Assembly (NCBI GenBank): GCA_018062505.1
Contig: JAGOSA010000003.1
Coordinates: 1-44,794, forward strand
Reading direction: 5' to 3'
Length of the DNA stretch: 44,794 nucleotides
DNA from: Minisyncoccota bacterium
GTDB lineage: Bacteria > Patescibacteriota > Minisyncoccia > Phycocordibacterales > UBA9973
The translations under genes were made by a program, and so were the position numbers. This document shows, in pieces, positions 14,991 through 24,383 of the stretch. The first letter of the stretch is position 1, and each line of letters opens with the position of its first letter. Below the pieces are notes generated by a model. The model worked only from the letters and a program-made list of their open reading frames with translations. It made no database searches and had not been told where the DNA came from.

Positions 14991-17486
14991 ATGGCTATAA
15001 CCGATACAATTAAAGGGCTTTTTACTTCGTCGCCGTTGCCGAAGTACCAATCTACCCTCAAAAAGATCAATGACCTCGAAGAGTCGTTTAAGGCTCTTTC
15101 TGATGCTGATTTTCCTGCTAAAACGATTGAGTTCAAGAAAATGCTCGCTGCTGAAGGATCTGCTAAGAAAACACTAGACGATATTTTGCCTGAAGCATTC
15201 GCTCTTGTTCGCGAAGCATCTCGACGCATGCTTGGTCAGCGTCACTATGATGTGCAATTGCTTGGATCAATGGTTCTTCACTCAGGAAACATTGCTGAAA
15301 TGAGAACTGGTGAAGGTAAGACGCTCGTTGCAACTCTTTCAACATATCTCAATGCACTCGAAGGCAAAGGCGTTCACGTTGTTACGGTCAACGACTACCT
15401 CGCGCGCCGCGACGCTGCTTGGATGGGACAGATTCACAATTTCCTCGGCCTCACTGTTGGTATCATCAACTCGCAAAACATTTCTTATCTATATGATCCT
15501 GCTCACAAAGATGCAGAAGACGACAAAGAACGCGATACACTCGGTTCATTTAAAGTTGAGTACGAATTTTTGAAACCTTGTTCTCGCAAAGAAGCTTATG
15601 CTGCAGACGTCACATACGGCACAAACAATGAATACGGCTTCGACTACTTGCGAGATAACCTTGCGCAGAAGCGAGAAGATCTCGTTCAGCGCGGTCACCA
15701 TTATGCAGTCGTTGACGAAATAGACTCGATCTTGATCGACGAATCACGCACGCCGCTCATCATTGCCGGCAAAGCAGGGGACAGCGAAAATCTTTACGGC
15801 ACATTTGCTAAAATAGCTCGCCAGCTCGCGCGCGACACAGATTACACTGTAGATGAAAAGCATCGCGCTGTTCAGCTTACTGATGCGGGTATTACTCGCG
15901 CAGAAAGTTTGCTCGGCATTCAGAACATTTATACAGAAAAGGGAATCAAGTACGTTCACCATCTCGAAACGGCAGTTCGCGCCGAAGCGCTCTTCAGCAA
16001 AGATAAAGAGTATGTCGTCAAAGACAATGCAATTATTATTGTTGATACATTTACTGGACGCTTGCAGCCAGGCCGCCGCTGGAATGAAGGCTTACACCAA
16101 GCTATTGAAGCTAAAGAAGGCGTGAAGATCGAGCAAGAAACTCGAGCTGTCGCTTCTATTACATACCAAAACTACTTCCGCTTCTACAAAAAGCTTTCCG
16201 GCATGACTGGTACTGCTAAAACGTCTGAAGAAGAATTCCTCAAGGTTTACGGACTTTCTGTTATTCAAGTTCCAACACATCGCGTACCTCAGCGCATCGA
16301 TCACACTGATCTCATTTTCCAAACAGAGAAAGGCAAGATTCAGGCAATGGTCCGCAAAATCAAAGAGCTCAATCAAAAGGGACAACCAGTGCTCATCGGT
16401 ACAGCATCGATCGAAAAAAACGAACTCCTCCACGAATATCTCACGGCTTCTGGTGTTCCGCACGAAGTCTTGAATGCCAAGAACCACGAACGCGAAGGCG
16501 AAATCATTGCGCAAGCTGGACGAAAAGCTGCTGTCACTATTGCCACAAACATGGCGGGCCGCGGCGTCGACATTATTCTCGGTGGTGTTCCTTATGTTGA
16601 ATCAGCTCACACTGAAGTAAAATCGCTTGGCGGTCTGTACGTTATAGGTACTGAGCGACACGAAGCGCGCCGCATCGACAACCAGCTCCGCGGACGATCT
16701 GGCCGACAAGGCGATCCAGGCGAAACGCAATTCTACCTTTCATTTGAAGATGACCTCATGCGCGTCTTTGCGACTGAATCCCTCAAGAACATGATGGGCC
16801 GCTTCGGTATTCCCGAAGACGAGCCAGTCGTCAATCGCTTCGTTTCTCGCGCTATCGAAAATGCTCAGGCAAAAATCGAAGGCATTAACTTTGATTCGAG
16901 AAAGCATACGCTCGACTACGACATGGTTCTCAACACGCAGCGTGAATCTATTTACTCTCGCCGACGCAAAATGCTAGTTGCTTCTGATGAAGAAGTCATG
17001 GCATACGGCAAAGAAACATTTGGCAATGACGAAAATGTCTGGAAAACGATCGAAGAAAAGAGAGAGAAAGTCGGCGACGTCGCTTTTGCTGATGTCTTCC
17101 GACGCATCGTTCTCTATGTGACAGATTCTCTTTGGACTGACCACATCGAAACGATGGACTACATGCGTTCGTCTGTTAACTTGCGCGCCTACGGCCAGCG
17201 CGAGCCTATTGTCGAATACAAGAAAGAAGGCTTGCGAATGTTTAAGGAAATGGAGGCAACTTTCTACAACAATGTTGTGACGCTTATCGGTACAATTGAA
17301 AAATCAGGGGAGAATAGTAATGGCGGCCAATCTGCCGGCAATAACAATACAGTTGAAGTTGAGGGCGGCGTGCCAGCAAATTCTCTTTCTGAAGGCGACA
17401 ATCCATACAAAAATCAAAAAATCGGCAGAAACGACGCTTGTCCATGCGGTAGCGGGAAAAAGTATAAGCAGTGTCATGGAAAGTAG
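14991..17486 (+). CDS. secA: Preprotein translocase ATPase SecA
   Basis: Walker A MRTGEGKT. DEAD-like VDEIDSILIDE. GRQGDPGE motif. C-terminal zinc finger CPCGSGKKYKQCHG. Confidence 0.96.
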   Translation: MAITDTIKGLFTSSPLPKYQSTLKKINDLEESFKALSDADFPAKTIEFKKMLAAEGSAKKTLDDILPEAFALVREASRRMLGQRHYDVQLLGSMVLHSGNIAEMRTGEGKTLVATLSTYLNALEGKGVHVVTVNDYLARRDAAWMGQIHNFLGLTVGIINSQNISYLYDPAHKDAEDDKERDTLGSFKVEYEFLKPCSRKEAYAADVTYGTNNEYGFDYLRDNLAQKREDLVQRGHHYAVVDEIDSILIDESRTPLIIAGKAGDSENLYGTFAKIARQLARDTDYTVDEKHRAVQLTDAGITRAESLLGIQNIYTEKGIKYVHHLETAVRAEALFSKDKEYVVKDNAIIIVDTFTGRLQPGRRWNEGLHQAIEAKEGVKIEQETRAVASITYQNYFRFYKKLSGMTGTAKTSEEEFLKVYGLSVIQVPTHRVPQRIDHTDLIFQTEKGKIQAMVRKIKELNQKGQPVLIGTASIEKNELLHEYLTASGVPHEVLNAKNHEREGEIIAQAGRKAAVTIATNMAGRGVDIILGGVPYVESAHTEVKSLGGLYVIGTERHEARRIDNQLRGRSGRQGDPGETQFYLSFEDDLMRVFATESLKNMMGRFGIPEDEPVVNRFVSRAIENAQAKIEGINFDSRKHTLDYDMVLNTQRESIYSRRRKMLVASDEEVMAYGKETFGNDENVWKTIEEKREKVGDVAFADVFRRIVLYVTDSLWTDHIETMDYMRSSVNLRAYGQREPIVEYKKEGLRMFKEMEATFYNNVVTLIGTIEKSGENSNGGQSAGNNNTVEVEGGVPANSLSEGDNPYKNQKIGRNDACPCGSGKKYKQCHGK

Positions 17487-17583
17487 GTAACTTGCTATAT
17501 ATTGATAGCAATTAACCATATATAAGTAATTAGTCGGATACATAATGAAGCACTAGCACTTTGGGATAACCCTATATTGTTCG

Positions 17584-17592
17584 TGATATACT
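17584..17592 (+). promoter_or_regulatory. Extended -10 (TGaTATACT) 7 nt upstream of ATG 17600
   Basis: cgTGaTATACTtttgctaATG. Confidence 0.45.
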
Positions 17593-17599
17593 TTTGCTA

Positions 17600-19312
17600 A
17601 TGCATTTTCCATGGCGGAAAAAATCAACACCCGAGGGACAGTCGGTAGACGGTATTGTTCCGAATAGCAAAAAACTCATTCTTTCTTTGCGGGAAAAAGT
17701 CTGGAAGCTTGAAATTAGCCCTGCTAGAATCAGGGAATTTTGGCAGCGGAATAGAATATTCGTCTCTAGTTTTGTGGTTATTCTCTTTGTGCTTGTTTCA
17801 GGACTCGTCTCTCAATTAGGCAAAGCGGGGATTGCTAATTTTTATGCTGCTCAGTGTCTGGGTGGTTGGGAAAATCCCGCTAATGCTTCCGGTGAGCCTA
17901 CTCTTGATGATGATGCTCAAGGCTCTACTTTTAATATTAATAATTCGGCGGTTCTCAATAATACACAAGGAGATCTTTATTGTGGGGGATTTACAGGAGA
18001 ATTACCTGAAAACACTGACCCAGAAAGAATTAGTCTTAAAATTCACTGGACAGTTGATGATGGGGAAGTCTTGCACGACGTAGAGCCTCTTTCAGATTTT
18101 ATTGATTCACCATCAGGAGAAACTATACAAACGCCAGAAGAACAATTAGATACTCCTGTTGAGGTTCCTGAAACAAATGACGAACCGCAAGTGCTTCTGC
18201 CAATAATTATTATTCCAGAAAGCGAAGCCCCAACTGAAACGGAAACTTCACAAGATGCACCGCAGCAAACTCCAGAATCTACTCCCGCTCCGCAAAGCGA
18301 ATCATCTGACGGTGCTTTTAATTTCCATTTATTTAAAACAGCTCACGCACAAGAAGCGGATCCTGAGCAAGAAGTTGTTGTAGAACAGGTTGATGCCGAG
18401 CCGGCAGAAGTCACGATTGACGCACCAGTCGAGGGTGAACCTGAGGTTTCGCACTTTATGTCAGTTGAATACTCGGTTGATGGTTCCACGTGGATACCAT
18501 TTACAAAAATTAGCCGCGCTGATTGGAAGAATAGCGAATATGTTTTTCCGGACAATGCATTTTCGTGGAGCGAGGTAGCTAAATTGCAAGTCAGACTTAC
18601 GTCTTTGGCTTCTATTGATAGTCCGAAAGCAATATATGTCGATGCAGTCTGGCTGGATGTTGCCTACCAAACAATAGAACCAGATCCATTGCCCCAGCCT
18701 GATTTTGCAAAAGATAAAGTCATTTCTTATACCGAAAATAATAACGTACTAGCTGTTCTTGTGGAGCGAGAAGGAGAGAGGATGCTGTGGTATACAAAAA
18801 CAGAAGAAGGCAAATACTCTCTCAAAGAATTGTTAGAAAAAAAACAGAATGCAATGATTGTCATCGATGAGCCAATTACAATTGAGAATGAAACTATTAC
18901 TGCAGAAACAGTACTTGATGAAGAAGTGGTAACAGAAGAACAGGTTGCTGTAGTCGAAGATGAAAAGAATACTACTAAGATAGAAGAGGTAAAGCCCAAA
19001 GTGCCAACAAACCAAGACGCACTTCAGCTATACTCTGAAGCTTTTCCGATTATTTGGACACTTATTGATACGAGCGGGTCACTTCATGAAACAACCATCC
19101 TTTCCAGTTTTGAATCAACGTTGCTTTGGATTTCCCCAGCCCTACACGTTTTTTACGGATACAATACTAATACGAACGGCATATTTTCGCAGTCTATTGA
19201 TGAAGAGTCAAATGCTGGCGAGCTTTTATTTACTAGTGATGCTGGTGAACAATATCGCGCAATGTTTGTGCCAGTAGACCGTTCTATTCAGTTTAAACAA
19301 GCTCAGGAATAA
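17600..19312 (+). CDS. N-in membrane-anchored acidic surface protein (first gene of the surface locus)
   Basis: Basic cytoplasmic N-terminus. TM helix IFVSSFVVILFVLVSGLVSQL. Long Glu/Pro/Thr-rich acidic linkers. Beta-rich domain ending in AIYVDAVWLDVAY. The stop abuts the ATG of the next gene (taaATG). Confidence 0.7.
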   Translation: MHFPWRKKSTPEGQSVDGIVPNSKKLILSLREKVWKLEISPARIREFWQRNRIFVSSFVVILFVLVSGLVSQLGKAGIANFYAAQCLGGWENPANASGEPTLDDDAQGSTFNINNSAVLNNTQGDLYCGGFTGELPENTDPERISLKIHWTVDDGEVLHDVEPLSDFIDSPSGETIQTPEEQLDTPVEVPETNDEPQVLLPIIIIPESEAPTETETSQDAPQQTPESTPAPQSESSDGAFNFHLFKTAHAQEADPEQEVVVEQVDAEPAEVTIDAPVEGEPEVSHFMSVEYSVDGSTWIPFTKISRADWKNSEYVFPDNAFSWSEVAKLQVRLTSLASIDSPKAIYVDAVWLDVAYQTIEPDPLPQPDFAKDKVISYTENNNVLAVLVEREGERMLWYTKTEEGKYSLKELLEKKQNAMIVIDEPITIENETITAETVLDEEVVTEEQVAVVEDEKNTTKIEEVKPKVPTNQDALQLYSEAFPIIWTLIDTSGSLHETTILSSFESTLLWISPALHVFYGYNTNTNGIFSQSIDEESNAGELLFTSDAGEQYRAMFVPVDRSIQFKQAQE

Positions 19313-22300
19313 ATGAAAGCTATATTACGCCACCTCAGTAAAAATACTCTACTAAGAATTCTCTCTTTGCTATTGATTCTTTTTACAATTTTGGCGCCTG
19401 TGTACAGTAGTTTTACTGTGCGCGACGGCAAGCCCACTATTTCAGTAAATAAAAAAAAGGCAGATGCATCGTATCAATTTTTTCCAATCGCGGGCAATCT
19501 TGTTACGGGAACACAGCAAACAGTTACTGCTGCTTCAGTTGGTGCGGGTGAAGGCGTCAACCTAGGTTCATGGCAGGCGACACTAACGAGCGATTCTTAT
19601 CACTGGGTTGTCGCTGGCACTGCATCGGGCGTTGACGCACAGATTACTCTTGGAGGAGTCGAACTCAATGGCGCCAATACTCTGATGGTTACGACAACAT
19701 TTGACCTCGACGCTACTGTTCTTGCGACCGTCGTCCAAATCTGCGACTGGACTTCCACCACAAGTGTGGACAATGCTGCAGATGCGGAGTGTACCGGCGG
19801 CGGATGGCGAACGCTGAACAACCGCGATGTTGCAGTAACTGGCACAACAGTGAAGGGCTATCATTGGCAAATATACGACGGATACTGGTCTAATGGATCT
19901 AATACTGCGATCTCGACGCCACTTTCGAATTTTGTTGATGGTTCAAATAATACATTAGTAAGGTTTTACTCAACGACTAATACTTCGACCACAATCGCAA
20001 TTGATATGGTCCGCGTCTCCGCCGTCATTAACCCTATATACACCCCATCTGGCTTTGTTGAAATTAACGCTGCCAATACCCAGTCCGGCGACTACACCAA
20101 CACCACGGTTATTACGCAAGGTGCTTCAGACAACACATACCTCACGAACACTGGTACTGCCGGAGTTATTTCCGACTTCTACTTTCCATTCACCAACGTG
20201 AAAACATACACTGGCATGAACACGATTCTCGTCCGTGCCGAATACGGCTGCTCCACGACCGGTATTAACATTAAGCCGAAAATATACAACTTTGACTCGG
20301 CTGCTTGGGAAGACCTGACGTCCACCACCATTGCCTGTTCGGCGACAGATGCCACCAACATGTTTTCGAAGAACAATGTGACGATATCCGACTACATTTC
20401 TGGCGGTGAGATCCGTGTTGGCTTCTACGGCTCTGCGGTGAGTGCCACCGTTGGTCTGCGTGTTGACCAAATCTACATCATGGTTGGCACGACGAATACG
20501 AGCACTGCAGCCGCCGACTGCTTCATCTCCTTCGGTTCAGTGAGTGCCGGCGACTGCAGCAACACGCGGAATATTGATACCACTGCTGCGACTTCGAGCT
20601 GGAACATTGCGACAGAGGATGAGTCTGCGACGTTTGGGCATGATTATTTGCCGGGAGATAACGACGCAGATGCTGTGGTGGAGGAGGCTGCCGGAGCAAG
20701 TATTAAATTTACCGTAGCTAAGCCTGTTAATAGCGCTGTTACGGCTGAATTTTTTGCGACTCGCTTTGCAGCTGGAGTGTCGGGTACGACAGGAACAGTT
20801 GGTATGAACCTTGTTGATTATTCGGGATTCAATACCGCAGCAACTTTTGGCATGACTGCCGTGGGTGCGTCATCTGCTAACAGTACTCTTGTTTATACAG
20901 ACAACGTAACAGTGGCATCTGCTGCGAGTACTGGTTACGTAGGAATGAACCAAAATCCCGAAGACTATATTGATGCTAATAATAATCAGATGTGGATGCG
21001 ACTCCGAACATCAGCATCGGGTGCAACAGCCAACAACTCTGTGCGAGTAATTGATTTTGCCTTCGTCTCTATTCAGTGGATTGAGACAACTGTTGATCTC
21101 AGTACTCAGTATCAGTTTATGACAACAGACGGCAATCTTGTTACCGGAACGCAGCAAACTATTACTTCCGCAACAGCGCCAATAACAGAAGGTATAAACA
21201 TCGGATCATGGAAGGGTACTATGACTAATGATAACTTCCACTGGGCTGTTGCCAGTACTGCAAGTGGTGTAAATGCGCAATTGTCATTTGAAGGAGTAGA
21301 GCTGAATGGTGCCAATACTATAATGATAGAAAGTGAATTTGATCTGGATGCGACACTGCCATCTACCGTCGTCCAAATCTGCGACTGGACTTCTACCACA
21401 AGTGTGGATCATGCTGCAGATGCGGAGTGTACCGGCGGCGGATGGCGAACGCTCAACAACAGAAAAGTCGCAATTTCTACTGCGACTCCTTCTGTCTACC
21501 ATTGGCAAATATACGACGGATACTGGTCTAATGGATCTAATACACCAATTTCGACTCCCTTGAGTAATTTCGTCGATGCGACCGCTGGCACGCTCATCAG
21601 ATTTTATTCAACTACTAACACTGTTTCTGTTGTTTCCATTGATTACGTCCGCGTCTCCGCCGTCATTAACCCTATATACACCCCATCTGGCTTTGTTGAA
21701 ATTAACGCTGCCAATACCCAGTCCGGCGACTACACCAACACCACGGTTATTACGCAAGGTGCTTCAGACAACACATACCTCACGAACACTGGTACTGCCG
21801 GAGTTATTTCCGACTTCTACTTTCCATTCACCAACGTGAAAACATACACTGGCATGAACACGATTCTCGTCCGTGCCGAATACGGCTGCTCCACGACCGG
21901 TATTAACATTAAGCCGAAAATATACAACTTTGACTCGGCTGCTTGGGAAGACCTGACGTCCACCACCATTGCCTGTTCGGCGACAGATGCCACCAACATG
22001 TTTTCGAAGAACAATGTGACGATATCCGACTACATTTCTGGCGGTGAGATCCGTGTTGGCTTCTACGGCTCTGCGGTGAGTGCCACCGTTGGTCTGCGTG
22101 TTGACCAAATCTACATCATGGTTGGCACGACGAATACGAGCACTGCAGCCGCCGACTGCTTCATCTCCTTCGGTTCAGTGAGTGCCGGCGACTGCAGCAA
22201 CACGCGGAATATTGATACCACTGCTGCGACTTCGAGCTGGAACATTGCGACAGAGGATGAGTCTGCGACGTTTGGGCATGATTATTTTGCTTATGACAAT

Positions 22301-23215
22301 GACATCGACGCCGTAGTAGAAGAAGCCGCAGCTTCACATGTAAAGTTTTCAGTCACAAAAAATGATGCTACAGCCATTACAGGGGTAATGTTTGCTGAAA
22401 GAATAATGTCAGGTGCAGCCGGAACAGTTGCTGGCGGTATTGCTGATTATTCAGGATTCAATTTTCCAACCAATGGTTCTTTTGCGGTTATTGGCAGTGC
22501 CGCAACTTCGGGACTTGTCTATAGCGATCCAATTACAATAGGAGGCGTTGTGAGTGGTGGACCAATGGGAATAAACCAAAACCCCGAAGATCTCATAGAT
22601 ACAGTGGGCAACGAAGCATGGATTCGAGTAAGGACATCTTCGGCAGGAGCAACGGCGAGCAACTCTGTGAATCAAGTTGATTTTTTGATGATTTCCTATC
22701 AGTGGATTGAAGTTACTCCTGAAACGACAAATTATAGTATTTCATTCTCGCTTTCAGATAACACTATCGGCTTCGGAGCATTAACATCTGCCGCTGCACG
22801 TTTTGCAACAGGGGATACGATTGGTTCCAGTAGTGAAGTTGAGGCGCACACTTTAACAGCTCAAACAGATGTGCCTGATGGCTACACAATCTATGTTCAA
22901 GGCGATACGCTGTCGAACGGAGTAGATACTATCGATGCAATGGGGGCCACGAATGCAGGATCGTCTGTCGGGACCAATCAGTTTGGCTTGCGAATGACAG
23001 CAACTGGCGGCTCCGGTACAGTTTTAAGTCCTTATGCCGCAAGCGGATATGCATACGATGCGACAATAAGTAATCAGAGTGCGGTTGCGTCCTCTCCGAA
23101 TGGAGACAATGTTGCAACAGCATTTTCGGTGCGATACATAGGTAATATTTCAGATACTACTCCAGCGGGCGAATATACTACCCAGCTAACGTATACAATT
23201 ACAGCAACCTACTGA
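19313..23215 (+). CDS. 1300-aa secreted protein: two tandem 546-aa units plus a 162-aa C-terminal WxL/SCPU-like module
   Basis: Signal/TM helix LLRILSLLLILFTILAPVYS. Internal duplication with a period of exactly 1638 nt. The C-terminal module is shared with the product of 23324..24382. Confidence 0.85.
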   Translation: MKAILRHLSKNTLLRILSLLLILFTILAPVYSSFTVRDGKPTISVNKKKADASYQFFPIAGNLVTGTQQTVTAASVGAGEGVNLGSWQATLTSDSYHWVVAGTASGVDAQITLGGVELNGANTLMVTTTFDLDATVLATVVQICDWTSTTSVDNAADAECTGGGWRTLNNRDVAVTGTTVKGYHWQIYDGYWSNGSNTAISTPLSNFVDGSNNTLVRFYSTTNTSTTIAIDMVRVSAVINPIYTPSGFVEINAANTQSGDYTNTTVITQGASDNTYLTNTGTAGVISDFYFPFTNVKTYTGMNTILVRAEYGCSTTGINIKPKIYNFDSAAWEDLTSTTIACSATDATNMFSKNNVTISDYISGGEIRVGFYGSAVSATVGLRVDQIYIMVGTTNTSTAAADCFISFGSVSAGDCSNTRNIDTTAATSSWNIATEDESATFGHDYLPGDNDADAVVEEAAGASIKFTVAKPVNSAVTAEFFATRFAAGVSGTTGTVGMNLVDYSGFNTAATFGMTAVGASSANSTLVYTDNVTVASAASTGYVGMNQNPEDYIDANNNQMWMRLRTSASGATANNSVRVIDFAFVSIQWIETTVDLSTQYQFMTTDGNLVTGTQQTITSATAPITEGINIGSWKGTMTNDNFHWAVASTASGVNAQLSFEGVELNGANTIMIESEFDLDATLPSTVVQICDWTSTTSVDHAADAECTGGGWRTLNNRKVAISTATPSVYHWQIYDGYWSNGSNTPISTPLSNFVDATAGTLIRFYSTTNTVSVVSIDYVRVSAVINPIYTPSGFVEINAANTQSGDYTNTTVITQGASDNTYLTNTGTAGVISDFYFPFTNVKTYTGMNTILVRAEYGCSTTGINIKPKIYNFDSAAWEDLTSTTIACSATDATNMFSKNNVTISDYISGGEIRVGFYGSAVSATVGLRVDQIYIMVGTTNTSTAAADCFISFGSVSAGDCSNTRNIDTTAATSSWNIATEDESATFGHDYFAYDNDIDAVVEEAAASHVKFSVTKNDATAITGVMFAERIMSGAAGTVAGGIADYSGFNFPTNGSFAVIGSAATSGLVYSDPITIGGVVSGGPMGINQNPEDLIDTVGNEAWIRVRTSSAGATASNSVNQVDFLMISYQWIEVTPETTNYSISFSLSDNTIGFGALTSAAARFATGDTIGSSSEVEAHTLTAQTDVPDGYTIYVQGDTLSNGVDTIDAMGATNAGSSVGTNQFGLRMTATGGSGTVLSPYAASGYAYDATISNQSAVASSPNGDNVATAFSVRYIGNISDTTPAGEYTTQLTYTITATY
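20009..20649 (+). repeat. Identical core copy 1 (641 nt)
   Basis: Appears base-for-base identical to 21647..22287. Spot-checked by eye. Off-frame ORFs 20126..20470 and 21764..22108 translate identically. Confidence 0.85.
21647..22287 (+). repeat. Identical core copy 2 (641 nt)
   Basis: See 20009..20649. Offset is exactly 1638 nt. Confidence 0.85.
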
Positions 23216-23309
23216 TTTTTCGGTATTAGGGTATGCACAGGATATCCCCACGGTTGACTTTCCGGTTATGTTATAATACCAAGCATAAATTGTCGGGTTG
23301 TTTATTAAA

Positions 23310-23315
23310 TATAAT
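23310..23315 (+). promoter_or_regulatory. -10 box within the shared motif TATAATGGCTGCATA, 8 nt upstream of ATG 23324
   Basis: aaaTATAATggctgcatATG. The same 15-mer recurs at 25465. Confidence 0.45.
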
Positions 23316-23323
23316 GGCTGCAT

Positions 23324-24382
23324 ATGATATATAAAAAGTTTTTACCGCTAGTAACTGTGCTCTCGCTCGTTTTAGGCATGATTGCTCCTGTTTTCCCTCA
23401 GCGAGCAATGGCTGCATCTCTCACTGCGCTTTCTGACACACAGTCAACAATCAAAGCGGCAACAGCTTCAAACCACGATATTTCTTTCACGACACCAACT
23501 GGTATTACATCCGGTCAAACTGTTGTACTTACTTGGAACAACAGCACTTCAGTCAATGCTTCACTCGATTTTACTGATATCGACGTTTTGGATGATGGTG
23601 TTAACGTTACTCTAGCTGCTTCGCCATCAGGTGCGACGTGGGGTGCAGTTCGAACTTCTGGTACAGTTATCACTCTTACTAACGGTAACGTTGCTGTCGC
23701 AGGTGGCAGCGTCGTCCGCATCAAGATTGGTACGAATGCGACAAACCAATCTACAGGTGTACGACAGATAACAAATGGTTCTGCCGGAACAACAACACTC
23801 ACAATTGCTGGCGGTACTTTTGCTGACAGTGGAACTATTTCAACACCAATCATTGCAGATGACGTAGTCAACGTTACTGCCACAGTCAACCAGACAATTA
23901 GCTTTTCTGTTTCAGATACAACAATCGGTTTTGGTACGCTTGCAACAGCAAACGCAAGGTATGCAACAGGCGATACTCTCGGTACGACATCTGATACAGC
24001 AGCGCACACTGTTGCGGTTGCAACAAACGCTGCAAATGGCTACACAGTCAATCTTCAGGGAGCAACACTAACTTCAGGAGCTAATACAATTGATGCGATA
24101 GGAGCAACAAGCGCTGCTTCATCAGCAGGAAACGAACAATTCGGTGTGTATGCGACAAAATCAGGTGGTGTTAACGGCACAATTACCACACGTTATAACG
24201 ACAATGCGACACCTGGGTTTGCATACAATGCGACTGGTTCTACTGCAGACACACTTGCAACAGGATCTAGTGCAACCAACACAGAAACATACTCAATTCA
24301 CTACATAGCAAACATCTCAGCTATTACCGAAGCTGGATCATATGCGACAAACATTACTTATGTCGGTACAGGTAACTTCTAG
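23324..24382 (+). CDS. Secreted protein: N-terminal beta-rich domain plus C-terminal WxL/SCPU-like module (candidate fibre subunit)
   Basis: Signal peptide (LVTVLSLVLGMIAPVFPQRAMA). C-terminal 164 aa (23888..24379) are ~55% identical by eye to 22727..23212 (ISFSVSDTTIGFGTL.., GYTV.LQG.TL.SG..TIDA.GAT, ..GSYATNITYVGTGNF). Confidence 0.8.
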   Translation: MIYKKFLPLVTVLSLVLGMIAPVFPQRAMAASLTALSDTQSTIKAATASNHDISFTTPTGITSGQTVVLTWNNSTSVNASLDFTDIDVLDDGVNVTLAASPSGATWGAVRTSGTVITLTNGNVAVAGGSVVRIKIGTNATNQSTGVRQITNGSAGTTTLTIAGGTFADSGTISTPIIADDVVNVTATVNQTISFSVSDTTIGFGTLATANARYATGDTLGTTSDTAAHTVAVATNAANGYTVNLQGATLTSGANTIDAIGATSAASSAGNEQFGVYATKSGGVNGTITTRYNDNATPGFAYNATGSTADTLATGSSATNTETYSIHYIANISAITEAGSYATNITYVGTGNF

Positions 24383-24383
24383 T

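Larger units (their letters stand above)
19472..22747 (+). repeat. Intragenic tandem duplication, 2 x 1638 nt
   Basis: Unit 1 starts at YQFFPIAGNLVTGTQQT (19472) and unit 2 at YQFMTTDGNLVTGTQQT (21110). The flanks are diverged and the core is identical. Confidence 0.9.

Noticed and set aside
17487-17583. Palindrome ttgctat-atattg-atagcaa after secA as a terminator or operator
   Set aside because: A 7-bp AT-rich stem without a T-run. It could be a weak operator, but nothing else supports a function.
19472-22747. Possible CRISPR array or other interspersed repeat array
   Set aside because: The repeats are two 1638-nt in-frame protein-coding units, not short direct repeats with spacers. No CRISPR-like array is visible anywhere in the window.
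24342-24383. Upstream extensions of ORFs 24342.., 26330.. and 27039.. that overlap the preceding genes
   Set aside because: Internal ATGs at 24384, 26387 and 27291 give canonical signal peptides and abut the preceding stop codons. The extensions overlap upstream coding sequence and lack signal peptides.
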